From positions 13,144,001-13,208,000 of the forward strand of contig NC_043025.1 in assembly GCF_006345805.1 (NCBI RefSeq): DNA of 64,000 bases, given 5' to 3'. This document shows positions 12,660-25,917 of the stretch, in pieces (the first letter of the stretch is position 1; each line of letters starts with the position of its first letter). A program made the position numbers and the translations under genes. Source of the DNA: Octopus sinensis (Eukaryota). The notes under the pieces are model-generated. The model was not told the DNA's origin, did no database searches, and saw nothing but the letters and a program-made list of their open reading frames with translations.

Positions 12660-12711
12660 GGAGATGGTGTTAATTGTCCATGGTTTCCCCAATAATATTT
12701 CAGCTTTGAGG
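12660..12711 (+). CDS. SLX1: SLX1-like coding exon 2
   Basis: Pyrimidine tract + tag acceptor; (W)EMVLIVHGFPNNISALR; donor GTAAGT; restores frame. Confidence 0.92.
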
Positions 12712-13164
12712 GTAAGTAACCTTCCAACGTTTTGTTATTTCTGTGCGCCCTGTGTCTTCACTAATTTAGGGTCACACATCATTGCCGAGTCCTTTGAGGC
12801 CCTTGTGAGCTACTTTACCATAGCCTCTGGTATACAAGTTGAACCCTTGAAACCAAAATTTACAGCCCAGAGAAGGCAGGTTGACTTGAGTACCAAGATA
12901 ACTTTGGAGGGCCAAAAACTCCATGTGAAATGGAGCAGGATTTGGGAAAGATATGTAAACATTCCAATATGTGGAGGCACAAGGCCTAGTGGTTAGAGCA
13001 GCAGACTCGCAGTCAAGGGATCGTGGGTTCAAATCTCAGACCGGGTACATATTTATGAGCGAAATACCTAAGCTCCATGCAGCTCTGGCAGAAGGTAATG
13101 GCGAACTTCTGCTGACTCTTTTGCCACAACTTTCTCTCACTCTTTCCTCCTGCGTCTTGCAGCA

Positions 13165-16100
13165 ACCTTCCTTGTTGTTTAGCCCCAGGTCACTCCTGAT
13201 CCAGCAGACCTATGATCAGAGATGTTCCAGCTGTGACCATCCTGTCTTTTATTCAGGCATAGTGTATCTAGGACTACATCATCTAACGTGTCCTTCCTTG
13301 CTTAGCCCCAGGTCACTCCTGATCCAGCAGACCTATGATCAGAGATGTTCCAGCTGTGACCATCCTGTCTTTTATTCAGGCATAGTGTATCTAGGACTAC
13401 ATCATCTAACGTGTCCTTCCTTGCTTAGCCCTAGGTCAGTCCTGATCCAGCAGACCTATGATCAGAGATGTTCCAGCTGTGACCATCCTGTCTTTTATTC
13501 AGGCATAGTGTATCTAGGACTACATTATCTAACGTGTCCTTCCTTGCTTAGCCCCAGGTCACTCCTGATCCAGCAGACCTATGATCAGAGATGTTCCAGC
13601 TGTGACCATCCTGTCTTTTATTCAGACATAGTGTATCTAGGACTACATTATCTAATGTATCCTTCTTTCTTTTTGTTGTTTAGCCCCAGGTCAGTCCTGA
13701 TCCGGCAGACCTATGATCAAAGATGTTCCAGCTGTGACCATCCTGTCTTTTATTCAGGCATAGTGTATCTAGGACTACGTTATCTAATGTGTCCTTCCTT
13801 GCTTAGCCCCAGATCAGTCCTGATCCGGCAGACCTATGGTCAAAGATGTTCCAACTGTGACCATCCTGTCTTTTATTCAGACATAGTGTATCTAGGACTA
13901 CATTATCTAATGTATCCTTCTTTCTTTTTGTTGTTTAGCCCCAGGTCAGTCCTGATCCGGCAGACCTATGATCAAAGATGTTCCAACTGTGACCATCCTG
14001 TCTTTTATTCAGGCATAGTGTATCTAGGACTACATTATCTAATGTGTCCTTCCTTGTTGTTTAGCCCCAGGTCAGTCCTGATCCGGCAGACCTATGATCA
14101 AAGATATTCCAGCTGTGACCATCCTGTCTTTTATTCAGACATAGTGTATCTAGGACTACATTATCTAATGTGTCCTTCCTTGTTGTTTAGCCCCAGGTCA
14201 GTCCTGATCCAGCAGACCTATGATCAAAGATGTTCCAGCTGTGACCATCCTGTCTTTTATTCAGGCATAGTGTATCTAGGACTACATTATCTAATGTGTC
14301 CTTCCTTGCTTAGCCCCAGGTCAGTCCTGATCCAGACAGACCTATGATCAAGATGTTCCAGCTGTGACCATCCTGTCTTTTTTCAGGCATAGTGTATCTA
14401 GGACTACATTATCTAATGTGTCCTTCCTTGCTTAGCCCCAGGTCACCCTGATCCAGACAGACCTATGATCAGAGATGTTCCAGCTGTGACCATCCTGTCT
14501 TTTATTCAGGCATAGTGTATCTAGGACTACATTATCTAATGTGTCCTTCCTTGTTGTTTAGCCCCAGGTCAGTCCTGATCCGGCAGACCTATGATCAAAG
14601 ATGTTCCAGCTGTGACCATCCTGTCTTTTATTCAGACATAGTGTATCTAGGACTACATTATCTAATGTGTCCTTCCTTGTTGTTTAGCCCCAGGTCAGTC
14701 CTGATCCGGCAGACCTATGATCAAAGATATTCCAGCTGTGACCATCCTGTCTTTTATTCAGACATAGTGTATCTAGGACTACATTATCTAATGTGTCCTT
14801 CCTTGTTGCTTAGCCCCAGGTCACTCCTGATCCAGCAGACCAATGATCAAAGATGTTCCAGCTGTGACCATCCTGTCTTTTATTCAGGCATAGTGTATCT
14901 AGGACTACATCATCTAACGTGTCCTTCCTTGCTTAGCCCCAGGTCACTCCTGATCCAGCAGACCTATGATCAGAGATGTTCCAGCTGTGACCATCCTGTC
15001 TTTTATTCAGGCATAGTGTATCTAGGACTACATTATCTAATGTCTCCTTCCTTGTTGATTAGCCCCAGGTCACTCCTGATCCAGACAGACCTATGATCAG
15101 AGATGTTCCAGCTGTGACCATCCTGTCTTTTATTCAGGCATAGTGTATCTAGGACTACATTATCTAATGTATCCTTCCTTGTTTCTGTTGTTTAGCCCCA
15201 GGTCAGTCCTGATCCGGCAGACCTATGATCAAAGATGTTCCAACTGTGACCATCCTGTCTTTTATTCAGGCATAGTGTATCTAGGACTACGTTATCTAAT
15301 GTGTCCTTCCTTGCTTAGCCCCAGGTCAGTCCTGATCCGGCAGACCTATGATCAAAGATATTCCAGCTGTGACCATCCTGTCTTTTATTCAGACATAGTG
15401 TATCTAGGACTACATTATCTAATGTGTCCTTCCTTGTTGTTTAGCCCCAGGTCAGTCCTGATCCAGCAGACCTATGATCAAAGATGTTCCAGTTGTAACC
15501 ATCCTGTCTTTTATTCAGGCATAGTGTATCTAGGACTACATTATCTAATGTATCCTTCTTTCTTTTGTTGTTTATAGCCCAGGTCAGTCCTGATCCGGCA
15601 GACCTATGATCAAAGATGTTCCAACTGTGACCATCCTGTCTTTTATTCAGGCATAGTGTATCTAGGACTACGTTATCTAATGTGTCCTTCCTTGCTTAGC
15701 CCCAGTCAGTCCTGATCCGGCAGACCTATGATCAAAGATATTCCAGCTGTGACCATCCTGTCTTTTTTTCAGACATAGTGTATCTAGGACTACATTATCT
15801 AATGTGTCCTTCCTTGTTGTTTAGCCCCAGGTCAGTCCTGATCCAGCAGACCTATGATCAAAGATGTTCCAGTTGTAACCATCCTGTCTTTTATTCAGGC
15901 ATAGTGTATCTAGGACTACATTATCTAATGTGTCCTTCCTTGTTGTTGTTGTTTAGTCCCAGGTCGGTCCTGATCCAGCAGACCTATGATCAAAGATATT
16001 CCAGCTGTGACCATTCTGTTTTGTATTCAGCATAGTGTATCTAGGACTACATCATCTAACGTGTCCTTCCTTGCTTCCCCAGGTCACTCCTGATCCAGAC

Positions 16101-17830
16101 AGACCTATGATCAGAGATGTTCCAGCTGTGACCATCCTGTCTTTTATTCAGGCATAGTGTATCTAGGACTACATCATCTAACGTGTCCTTCCTTGCTTAG
16201 CCCCAGGTCACTCCTGATCCAGACAGACCTATGATCAGAGATGTTCCAGCTGTGACCATCCTGTCTTTTATTCAGGCATAGTGTATCTAGGACTACATTA
16301 TCTAATGTGTCCTTCCTTGTTGTTTAGCCCCAGGTCAGTCCTGATCCGGCAGACCTATGATCAAAGATATTCCAGCTGTGACCATCCTGTCTTTATCAGA
16401 CATAGTGTATCTAGGACTACATTATCTAATGTGTCCTTCCTTGTTGTTTAGCCCCAGGTCAGTCCTGATCCGCAGACCTATGATCAAAGATATTCCAGCT
16501 GTGACCATCCTGTCTTTTATTCAGACATAGTGTATCTAGGACTACATTATCTAATGTGTCCTTCCTTGTTGCTTAGCCCCAGGTCACTCCTGATCCAGCA
16601 GACCATGATCAAAGATGTTCCAGCTGTGACCATCCTGTCTTTTATTCAGGCATAGTGTATCTAGGACTACATCATCTAACGTGTCCTTCCTTGCTTAGCC
16701 CGGGTCACTCCTGATCCAGCAGACCTATGATCAGAGATGTTCCAGCTGTGACCATCCTGTCTTTTATTCAGGCATAGTGTATCTAGGACTACATTATCTA
16801 ATGTCTCCTTCCTTGTTGATTAGCCCCAGGTCACTCCTGATCCAGACAGACCTATGATCAAGATGTTCCAGCTGTGACCATCCTGTCTTTTATTCAGGCA
16901 TAGTGTATCTAGGACTACATTATCTAATGTATCCTTCCTTGTTTCTTTGTTTAGCCCCAGGTCAGTCCTGATCCGGCAGACCTATGATCAAAGATGTTCC
17001 AACTGTGACCATCCTGTCTTTTATTCAGGCATAGTGTATCTAGGACTACGTTATCTAATGTGTCCTTCCTTGCTTAGCCCCAGGTCAGTCCTGATCCGGC
17101 AGACCTATGATCAAAGATATTCCAGCTGTGACCATCCTGTCTTTTATTCAGACATAGTGTATCTAGGACTACATTATCTAATGTGTCCTTCCTTGTTGTT
17201 TAGCCCCAGGTCAGTCCTGATCCAGCAGACCTATGATCAAAGATGTTCCAGTTGTAACCATCCTGTCTTTTATTCAGGCATAGTGTATCTAGGACTACAT
17301 TATCTAATGTATCCTTCTTTCTTTTTGTTGTTTAGCCCCAGGTCAGTCCTGATCCGGCAGACCTATGATCAAAGATGTTCCAACTGTGACCATCCTGTCT
17401 TTTATTCAGGCATAGTGTATCTAGGACTACGTTATCTAATGTGTCCTTCCTTGCTTAGCCCCAGGTCAGTCCTGATCCGGCAGACCTATGATCAAAGATA
17501 TTCCAGCTGTGACCATCCTGTCTTTTATTCAGACATAGTGTATCTAGGACTACATTATCTAATGTGTCCTTCCTTGTTGTTTAGCCCCAGGTCAGTCCTG
17601 ATCCAGCAGACCTATGATCAAAGATGTTCCAGTTGTAACCATCCTGTCTTTTATTCAGGCATAGTGTATCTAGGACTACATTATCTAATGTGTCCTTCCT
17701 TGTTGTTGTTGTTTAGTCCCAGGTCGGTCCTGATCCAGCAGACCTATGATCAAAGATATTCCAGCTGTGACCATTCTGTTTTGTATTCAGGCATAGTGTA
17801 TCTAGGACTACATTATCTAATGTATCTTCT
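13165..17830 (+). repeat. ~135-144 bp tandem array, ~34 units, in SLX1 intron 2
   Basis: Unit tttagccccaggtcagtcctgatcc..gacctatgatcaaagatgttccagctgtgaccatcc..tatctaggactacattatctaatg; same family at 38140-38660. Confidence 0.96.
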
Positions 17831-17974
17831 GTTGTTTAAGCTGGTAATATGTAATTTGATAGAGATTTAGCTGTTATTTCTAGCAAGTCAAATGACTGTA
17901 TACAGCTCCTGTCATTGGCTCGGTGTTGCTGTTGTTGTTGTTGTTGTTCTCATCTTGTTCTCTTCTTGTTCCAG

Positions 17975-18310
17975 TTTGAATGGGCCTGGCAACATCCGAC
18001 CAAGTCCCGCCGTCTCAAGCATCTCCCTGCCAAAAAGAGTTTCGAATTGATGTACTCTTATCGTCTGCGGGTCCTCGGCGAGATGCTGCGTGTGGGGCCC
18101 TGGAAGCGTCTCCCGTTGACGATCCGATGGTTGAAACAGGAGTATCAGAGGGAGTTTCCTCCCAAACTCCTCCCTCCGACGCACATGCCCATCGTATACG
18201 GCCCCGTACAGAGCAGGAAGATCCCCAGAAGCAAGACGTCGACCCCTGCGGATACTGAAGGCCTAGACGTGAAATTGAACACCTGCTCAGTGTGTCGCGA
18301 ACTGATTGTG
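17975..18310 (+). CDS. SLX1: SLX1-like coding exon 3
   Basis: cag acceptor; FEWAWQHP..PWKRLPLTIRWL..PPTHMPIVYGP..CSVC; donor GTAAGT; 336 nt, phase 0. Confidence 0.95.
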
Positions 18311-18421
18311 GTAAGTTTTGATGGAGTTTCTTGTTTTATATTTTGAGTAGCGATTAATGTGTTTCCTCCTTAACATGGAGGATCAAAGGCAATCCAACTG
18401 TGGCTATTTAGTCTTACTGAC

Positions 18422-18825
18422 TCTTTACTCTCTTTTTACTCTTTTACTTGTTTCAGTCATTTGACTGCGGCCATGCTGGAGCACCGCCTTTAGTCGAGCA
18501 ACTCGACCCCGGGACTTATTCTTTGTAAGCCCAGTACTTATTCTATCGGTCTCTTTTGCCGAACCGCTAAGTGACGGGGACGTAAACACACCACCATCGG
18601 TTGTCAAGCAATGCTAGGGGGACAAACACAGACACACAAACACACACATGCATATATATATACGACAGGCTTCTTTCAGTTTCCGTCTACCAAATCCACT
18701 CACAAGGCATTGGTCGGCCCGAGGCTATTGTAGAAGACACTTGCCCAAGGTGCCGCGCAGTGGACTGAACCCGGAACCATGTGGTTGGTAAACAAGCTAC
18801 TTACCACACAGCCACTCCTGCGCCT
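18422..18825 (-). mobile_element. SINE family A in SLX1 intron 3
   Basis: Full-length match to family A. Confidence 0.88.
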
Positions 18826-20141
18826 GTCTGTAACATTTAAATATTGTCCCTAAGAGTTTTCCAGTTCTTAACCACTACGCCATATGCCCATGGGAATATG
18901 GCATACTGGCTAAGAGCACGGGCTACCAACCCCAAGATTCTGAGTTCGATTCCAGGCAGTGACCTGAACAACAACTATTTTCTGGTAGGTTCTTTCATTT
19001 TAATACTTTATCCACCATGTTACGTTTTTTTTTTTATTGCCATTTTATTCCATTTCATTTAATTAGCTCCTTTATTATCGTCCCAGTTGCCCTGTTTTAT
19101 TGCCACTATTTCTTTAAAAAATTTCTTTTATGACCAATCTCATTAAGTATTCCATTAACTATTTCACAAGTTATTTTATTACCAGGTTTTATTTGCTTCT
19201 GTTAGCTACACACGTACAAAGAACTTCGGTGTCATTAATATCACTATCCGTTTGCCTAGAAAGAAACATCTAAGGCGGCCAGCAGGCAGAATCATTAGCA
19301 CAGCGGTAAAAATGCATAGCAGCATTTCGCCTGTTTTTACGTTCTGAGTTCAAATTCTGCCAAGGTCGATTTTGCCTTTTATCCTCACGGGGTCAATGAA
19401 TTAAGTACCAGTGAAATATCTGGGCCAATGTAATGGACTAGTCTTCTCCCCACAAATTTCGGACCTTGTGTCTATAGTAAAAAGGGTTATTATCCCTATC
19501 CGTTTCCCTAATTCTTTGCCTAGAAAGAAGTATCCAAGGGCCGTTGCTAGAGAGGATTTGCAGCCCAAAAAGAAACAATGTAGGCGCAGGAGGGGCTGTG
19601 TGGTAAGTAGCTTACTTACAAACCACATGGTTCCAGGTTCAGTCCCACTGCGTGGCACCTTGGGCAAGTGTCTTCTACTGGCTAAGAGCGCGGGGTACTA
19701 ACCCCAAGATTCTGAGTTTGATTCCAGGTAGTGACCTGAACAACAGCAACAACAACACCACCATGACCACCACCACCACCAACAACAACAACTCAGCAGA
19801 GCCATGTAGTTAGAAAGCAAACATCTTACCAGACTTAGCGGTTCAGCAAAAGAGACCGATAGAATAAGTACTAGGCTTACAAAGAATAAGTCCTGGGGTC
19901 GAGTTGCTCGATTAAAGGCGGTGCTCCAGCATGGCCGCAGTCAAATGACTGAAACGAGTAAAAGAGAGAATTGCTAGATCCGTCTCTCCATGTCCAATTT
20001 CAGATACATCCCTCACCATCTTTATCTTGTCACTCTCAATTACTCTTTCATTATTTCGGGGTCGATAAATTAAGTACCAGTTACGCACTGGGGTCGATGT
20101 CATCGACTTAATAATGAAAAATTTTGACTTCTCGTTTACAG

Positions 20142-20342
20142 GATAATTTGGCCGAGCTGAAATGTCTCAGTTGTACGGCAAGGAGCCACATTACTTGCCT
20201 TGCTAAACATTTTCTCTCCAAGAACCTCCTCGAAGACACGCTGTCTATCTTACCTGTTGATGGTAACTGCCCCGTTTGTCACCAGGAACTCTTGTGGGGG
20301 GATCTGATACGACTCAAGAAAGGCTGCTACCAGGGTCTCACT
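20142..20342 (+). CDS. SLX1: SLX1-like coding exon 4 (RING-type zinc finger)
   Basis: cag acceptor; CLSC..SHITCLAKHFL..ILPVDGNCPVC..LLWGDLIR; donor GTAAGT; 201 nt. Confidence 0.93.
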
Positions 20343-20798
20343 GTAAGTATACAGATGTTATGGTAATTTTTGGTCGGGGTCTGTTTTTTCTTTTTTTATT
20401 TTCGTGGTTTTTGATGTAATACAGGTAGGGCTGAATTAAGGCCCTAAGCACTTAAAAGATTCCAGTGCCCCCATATATATCCAGCATGGCCGCAGTCAAA
20501 TGACTGAAACAAGTAAAAGAGTAAAGAGAAAATCACTAGATCCGTCTTTCCATCCAATCCATACTTGCCACCCACCCTCTAATAATTCATCCCTGTGATA
20601 TTATCACATCTTTCGTATTCAGTTTTCGCCAGCATCCTCGTGCATTCATTCATAATGTGCCACACGACCTCATCTTCATTATCACAAACCCTGCTCTTGT
20701 CATTTTCTGCTGTTACTGTTTTAATCCAATCAATGTCTGACACATTGAAAATCATTCTCTAATTTGTGTTTAATTTATATTTTGTTTTTGATTAATAG

Positions 20799-20867
20799 AA
20801 ATCACAGGATGATGATGTTGATGATGATGGTGATGATTGGACCAATGCCCTCAGCCAAGCAATGTAA
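20799..20867 (+). CDS. SLX1: SLX1-like terminal coding exon
   Basis: T-rich tract + tag; KSQDDDVDDDGDDWTNALSQAM-stop; second in-frame acceptor gives a start at 20808. Confidence 0.7.
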   Translation, partial: KSQDDDVDDDGDDWTNALSQAM

Positions 20868-20944
20868 ACACTTTCCCAGCCAACATACCAAACTAACTGA
20901 TGTAAGTCTATTATTATTATTATTATTATTGAGTGAGAGAGCAG

Positions 20945-21265
20945 GTCGACTTCGCCTTTCATCCTTTTGGGGTTGATAAATTAAGTACCAGTTACGCACT
21001 GGGGTCGATATAATCGACTTAATCCGTTTGTCTGTCTTTGTTTGTCCCCTCTGTGTTTAGCCCCTTGTGGGTAATAAAGAAATAGGTATTTCGTCTGGCG
21101 TTACGTTCTAAGTTCAAATTCCGCCGAGGTCGACTTTGCCTTTCATCCTTTCGGGGTCGATAAATTAAGTACCAGTTATGCACTGGGGTCGATATAATTG
21201 ACTTAATCCGTTTGTCTGTCCTTGTTTGTCCTCTCTGTGTTTAGCCCCTTGTGGGTAATAAAGAA
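20945..21265 (+). mobile_element. SINE family B 3' region, two tandem copies
   Basis: ~185 bp segment repeated. Confidence 0.8.
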
Positions 21266-21789
21266 ATGAAGCAGCACGGAATTTTGTCAGGGAACAGGTC
21301 GCAGTCTTAAAGCGCCGAAAATATTTTGACAAATTAAATTTAAATGTTGAAGTAAATATAACGGTTTTTGTGTGTTTCTTAAATGGCTTACAAACACCTT
21401 CCACACTGCAATTGTATATATATATATATATATATATATACATACACACACGCACACACAACATACATGCATATATCACCGTGATCACTATGACCGACCA
21501 GGCTATCAGATGTTGCTACACATCGCTGATCACAATGCGCTTTGCATTGTTTTAGCCTTCAAATGACACCACCCCGCTGGCTAAGCGAGCAGGCCAACAG
21601 AAGAAAGAGTGAGAGAAAGTTGTGGCGAAAGAGTACAGCAGGGATCACCACCCCCTGCTGGAGCCTCGTGGAGTTTTAGGTGTCTTCGCTCAATAAACAC
21701 TCACAACGCCCTGTCTGGGAATTGAAACTGTAATTCTATGACGAGTCCGCTACCCTAACCACTGGGCCATTGCACCTCAACACATGCAT

Positions 21790-22570
21790 ATATGGTGTCC
21801 CTAAAGTCTGCACACAAGAAATTTTCCTTAACTATATTTTTTTACCTTTATATTCTATATATTTTACCTGTATGTTTTTAACGTAAAATATTTTTTTGCC
21901 TCCACAGGTTAAATATGGTTTGCTGAAAGGAAAAAGAATTGGACTGGGACTTCTTAGTCGACATGAAGGACGACCATGTTGAAAGATAGCAGAGGTTTTT
22001 AATGCATATCACCTGAAGAAGATTCCACCTGGCTTTTCCATGGGGGCGAAGGGGGTCAATAGGTTTAAAGAAATGGGCAGTGTCGTGGACAAACCACATT
22101 CTTATTTCTTTACTACCCACAAGGGGCTAAACATAGAGGGGACAAACAAGGACAGACAAAGAGATTAAGTCGATTACATGAACCCCAGTGCGTAACTGGT
22201 GCTTAATTTATCGACCCCGAAAGGAAGACAGGCAAAGTCGACCTTGGCGGAATTTGAACTCAGAACGTAATGGCAGATGAAATACCGCTATGCATTTCGC
22301 CTGGTGTGCTAACGTTTCTGCCAGCTCGCCGCCTTGGTGCGGTATGGTTTGTGGAAAGCTCATGTGTTGGGGCTATTTTCCTTCGGCGAACATGTAGCTG
22401 GTGAGACTTATCTCGCCATGTCGAGAGACCAGTTAATGGCCCAACTTGAAAGATGAGGTGAAGGACTTTCTGAGTGGTTCCAACAGGATGGTGCCCCTGT
22501 CCACTTTGCCACAGTGGTAAGAGATTGGCTGAATGACAATTTCTCTAACTGGATTGGAAGGCATGGTCAT
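21790..22570 (+). mobile_element. Tc1/mariner-superfamily remnant interrupted by SINE B (22101-22335)
   Basis: WFQQDGAPVHFATVVRDWLNDNFSNWIGRHG at ~22475-22568; TIR-like ggtgtccctaaagtctgcacac at ~21794. Confidence 0.75.
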
Positions 22571-22771
22571 ATGAAATTTGTATCATAGAACCAGTGGGGG
22601 TGGTCTCAGATGGATTGGTATGAAAAAGGTTAAAGAAGCCATCAGCCAACATAGTCAAACCTGACCCATGCACATCTGCTGAAAGTCTATAACTGGTTTC
22701 ACATGGCCCTTGGAGGGGCTATATAAAATTTTGTTAATATCTATCTGGAATAATCTGGCTGGACTTCCCAG

Positions 22772-22880
22772 CTTGAGCCAGTAGGGCTAAATCAAGGGGA
22801 CAGTAAAAGGCCTGACAGTATGACCGTTTTCCTGTTCCGTGTGGTAGGCCCCTCATCTGGGATGTCAAATGATGTGACAT
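22772..22880 (+). mobile_element. Non-LTR retrotransposon fragment, restriction-like endonuclease region
   Basis: LEPVGLNQGDSKRPDSMTVF / frameshift / CGRPLIWDV resembles the EPxGL..DGKRPDG..LxWD motif of RLE (CRE-like) elements. Confidence 0.65.
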
Positions 22881-23061
22881 CTTGGTTGCGACATGGTTTG
22901 TCCAGCAACCAACCCAGGCTGCGCTGCTCGTGAGGCTGAGAATAGCAAACCGTCCAGGCATCGGTCACTCTTTCCCATTCTGTCTGCCAAGACCAAGAAG
23001 CAGCCTGAATTACAGGAAACCATAGGTTCCTCACCTTAATGTAAAGTTACTCCTTTTATAT

Positions 23062-23490
23062 TACTCTTTACTCTTTTACTTGTTTCAGTCATGTGACTGT
23101 GGCCATGCTGGAGCACCACTTTTAGTTGAGCAAATCAACCCCAGGACTTATTCTTTGTAAGTCTAGTACTTATTCTATCGGTCTCTTTTGCCGAACTGCT
23201 ACGTTATGGGGACGTAAACACACCAGCATCGGTTGTCAAGGGATGGTAGGGGGACAAACACAGACACACAAACATATACACATACATACATATATATATA
23301 TATATATACATATACATACATATATACAACGGGCTTGTTTCAGTTTCCGTCTACCAAATCCACTCACAAGGCTTTGGTCAGCCCGAGGCTAGAGTAGAAG
23401 ATACTTGCCCAAGGTGCCACGCAGTGGGACTGAACCCGGAATCATGTGTTTGGTAAGCAAGCTACTTACCACACAGCCACTCCTGCACCT
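23062..23490 (-). mobile_element. SINE family A
   Basis: Full-length match. Confidence 0.85.
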
Positions 23491-23921
23491 GTATATTTGT
23501 TTTATTTTTTTATTTATATCCGAATAAACACTTCTATAATACACAAAGTATTTATATTTTCTTTTGATACAATTGCTTTATAATATTCCATAAAAATATG
23601 AGGAAGTTTTTCAAACATTCAATGATTGAGGATCCACCCGAGAGAAAATAGGAACTGAAGGGGTCCATAGGTAAAAAAATGGGCAAGAACTACTGGTCTC
23701 TATAAACAGTACCCAGGGAAGCTATCTGCTATCTATGTTGTGTACACACAACCAATATGGTCCCTATATTACATACAGATGGTAACCTCTATTGAAGTGC
23801 ACTGCTTGTTTCAATTATTTTAAAAATTATGAAGAAGGTAGTAAAATAACTCATTAATTAATCTGGTGTTTGGAACATAAATTAAGATGAAATTTTAATG
23901 GAAGGGGTTATTTAGGTCACT

Positions 23922-25917
23922 TTAACCCTTTTGTTACCAAACTAGCTGAAACCACCTCTGGCTCTGTAGTACAAATGTCTTGTTTTCATAAGTTTTAAAA
24001 TAAAATCTTCCACCAAACCTTAGTCACAATTTATGTTCCTAACACTAGCTTAATAATAATTAAGTTATTTTGCTATATTCTTTGTGTAATTGAAAGAAAC
24101 ACAGAGCATCTCAACAGAAATATGGTAACAAAAGGGTTAAGATATATAATAGAGAAACAATTCTTAACCCTTTTGATACCAACCTGGTTGAAACCACCTC
24201 TGGCTCTGTAGTACAAATGTCTTGTTTTCATAAGTTTTGAATTAAAATCTTCCACCAAACCTTAGTCACAATTTATGTTCCTAACACTAGCTTAATGATG
24301 ACTAAGTTATTTTACTAAATTCTTTGTTATATTTAAAATTGATTGAGAGAAACACAGAGCATCTCAACAGAAATATGGTAACAAAAGGGTTAAGATATAT
24401 AATAGAGAAACAATTCTTAACCCTTTTGATACCAACCTGGTTGAAACCACCTCTGGCTCTGTAGTACAAATGTCTTGTTTTCATAAGTTTTGAATTAAAA
24501 CCTTCCACCAAACCTTAGTCACAATTATGTTCCTAACACTAGCTTAATGATGACTAAGTTATTTTACTAAATTCTTTGTTATATTTAAAATTGATTGAAA
24601 GAAACACAGAGCATCTCAACAGAAATATGGTAACAAAAGGGTTAAGATATATAATAGAGAAACAATTCTTAACCCTTTTGATACCAACCTGGTTGAAACC
24701 ACCTCTGGCTCTGTAGTACAAATGTCTTGTTTTCATAAGTTTTGAATTAAAATCTTCCACCAAACCTTAGTCACAATTTATGTTCCTAACACTAGCTTAA
24801 TGATGACTAAGTTATTTTACTAAATTCTTTGTTATATTTAAAATTAATTGAAAGAAACACAGAGCATCTCAACAGAAGAAATATGGTAACAAAAGGGTTA
24901 AGATATATAATAGAGAAACAATTCTTAACCCTTTTGATACCAACCTGGTTGAAACCACCTCTGGCTCTGTAGTACAAATGTCTTGTTTTCATAAGTTTTG
25001 AATTAAAATCTTCCACCAAACCTTAGTCACAATTTATGTTCCTAACACTAGCTTAATGATGACTAAGTTATTTTACTAAATTCTTTGTTATATTTAAAAT
25101 TGATTGAGAGAAACACAGAGCATCTCAACAGAAATATGGTAACAAAAGGGTTAAGATATATAATAGAGAAACAATTCTTAACCCTTTTGATACCAACCTG
25201 GTTGAAACCACCTCTGGCTCTGTAGTACAAATGTCTTGTTTTCATAAGTTTTGAATTAAAACCTTCCACCAAACCTTAGTCACAATTTATGTTCCTAACA
25301 CTAGCTTAATGATGACTAAGTTATTTTACTAAATTCTTTGTTATATTTAAAATTGATTGAAAGAAACACAGAGCATCTCAACAGAAATATGGTAACAAAA
25401 GGGTTAAGATATATAATAGAGAAACAATTCTTAACCCTTTTGTTACCAAACTAGCTGAAACCACCTCTGGCTCTGTAGTACAAATGTCTTGTTTTCATAA
25501 GTTTTGAATTAAAATCTTCCACCAAACCTTAGTCACAATTTATGTTCCTAACACTAGCTTAATGATAACTAAGTTATTTTACTAAATTCTTTCTTATATT
25601 TAAAGTAATTGAAAGAAACACAGAGCATCTCAACAGAAGAAATATGGTAACAAAAGGGTTAAGATATATAATAGAGAAACAATTCTTAACCCTTTTGTTA
25701 CCAAACTAGCTGAAACCACCTCTGGCTCTGTAGTACAAATGTCTTGTTTTCATAAGTTTTGAATTAAAATCTTCCACCAAACCTTAGTCACAATTTATGT
25801 TCCTAACACTAGCTTAATGATAACTAAGTTATTTTACTAAATTCTTTGTTATATTTAAAATAATTGAAAGAAACACAGAGCATCTCAACAGAATAAATAG
25901 AGTAAAGAAAGGGTTAA
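23922..25917. repeat. Tandem array of 8 piggyBac-like MITE units (~253 bp period)
   Basis: Each unit TTAA|CCCTTTTG[T/A]TACC..GGTAACAAAAGGG|TTAA plus constant spacer gatatataatagagaaacaattc. Confidence 0.88.

Noticed and set aside
12971-17870. 458, 307 and 193 aa Cys/His-containing repetitive ORFs
   Set aside because: They are read-through of an intronic tandem repeat whose units are mostly multiples of 3; frames break at indels and no domain is recognisable.
23922-25917. CRISPR-like repeat/spacer appearance and repeated 69 aa ORFs
   Set aside because: Spacers are identical, the DNA is eukaryotic and there are no cas genes; the ORFs are MITE copies.
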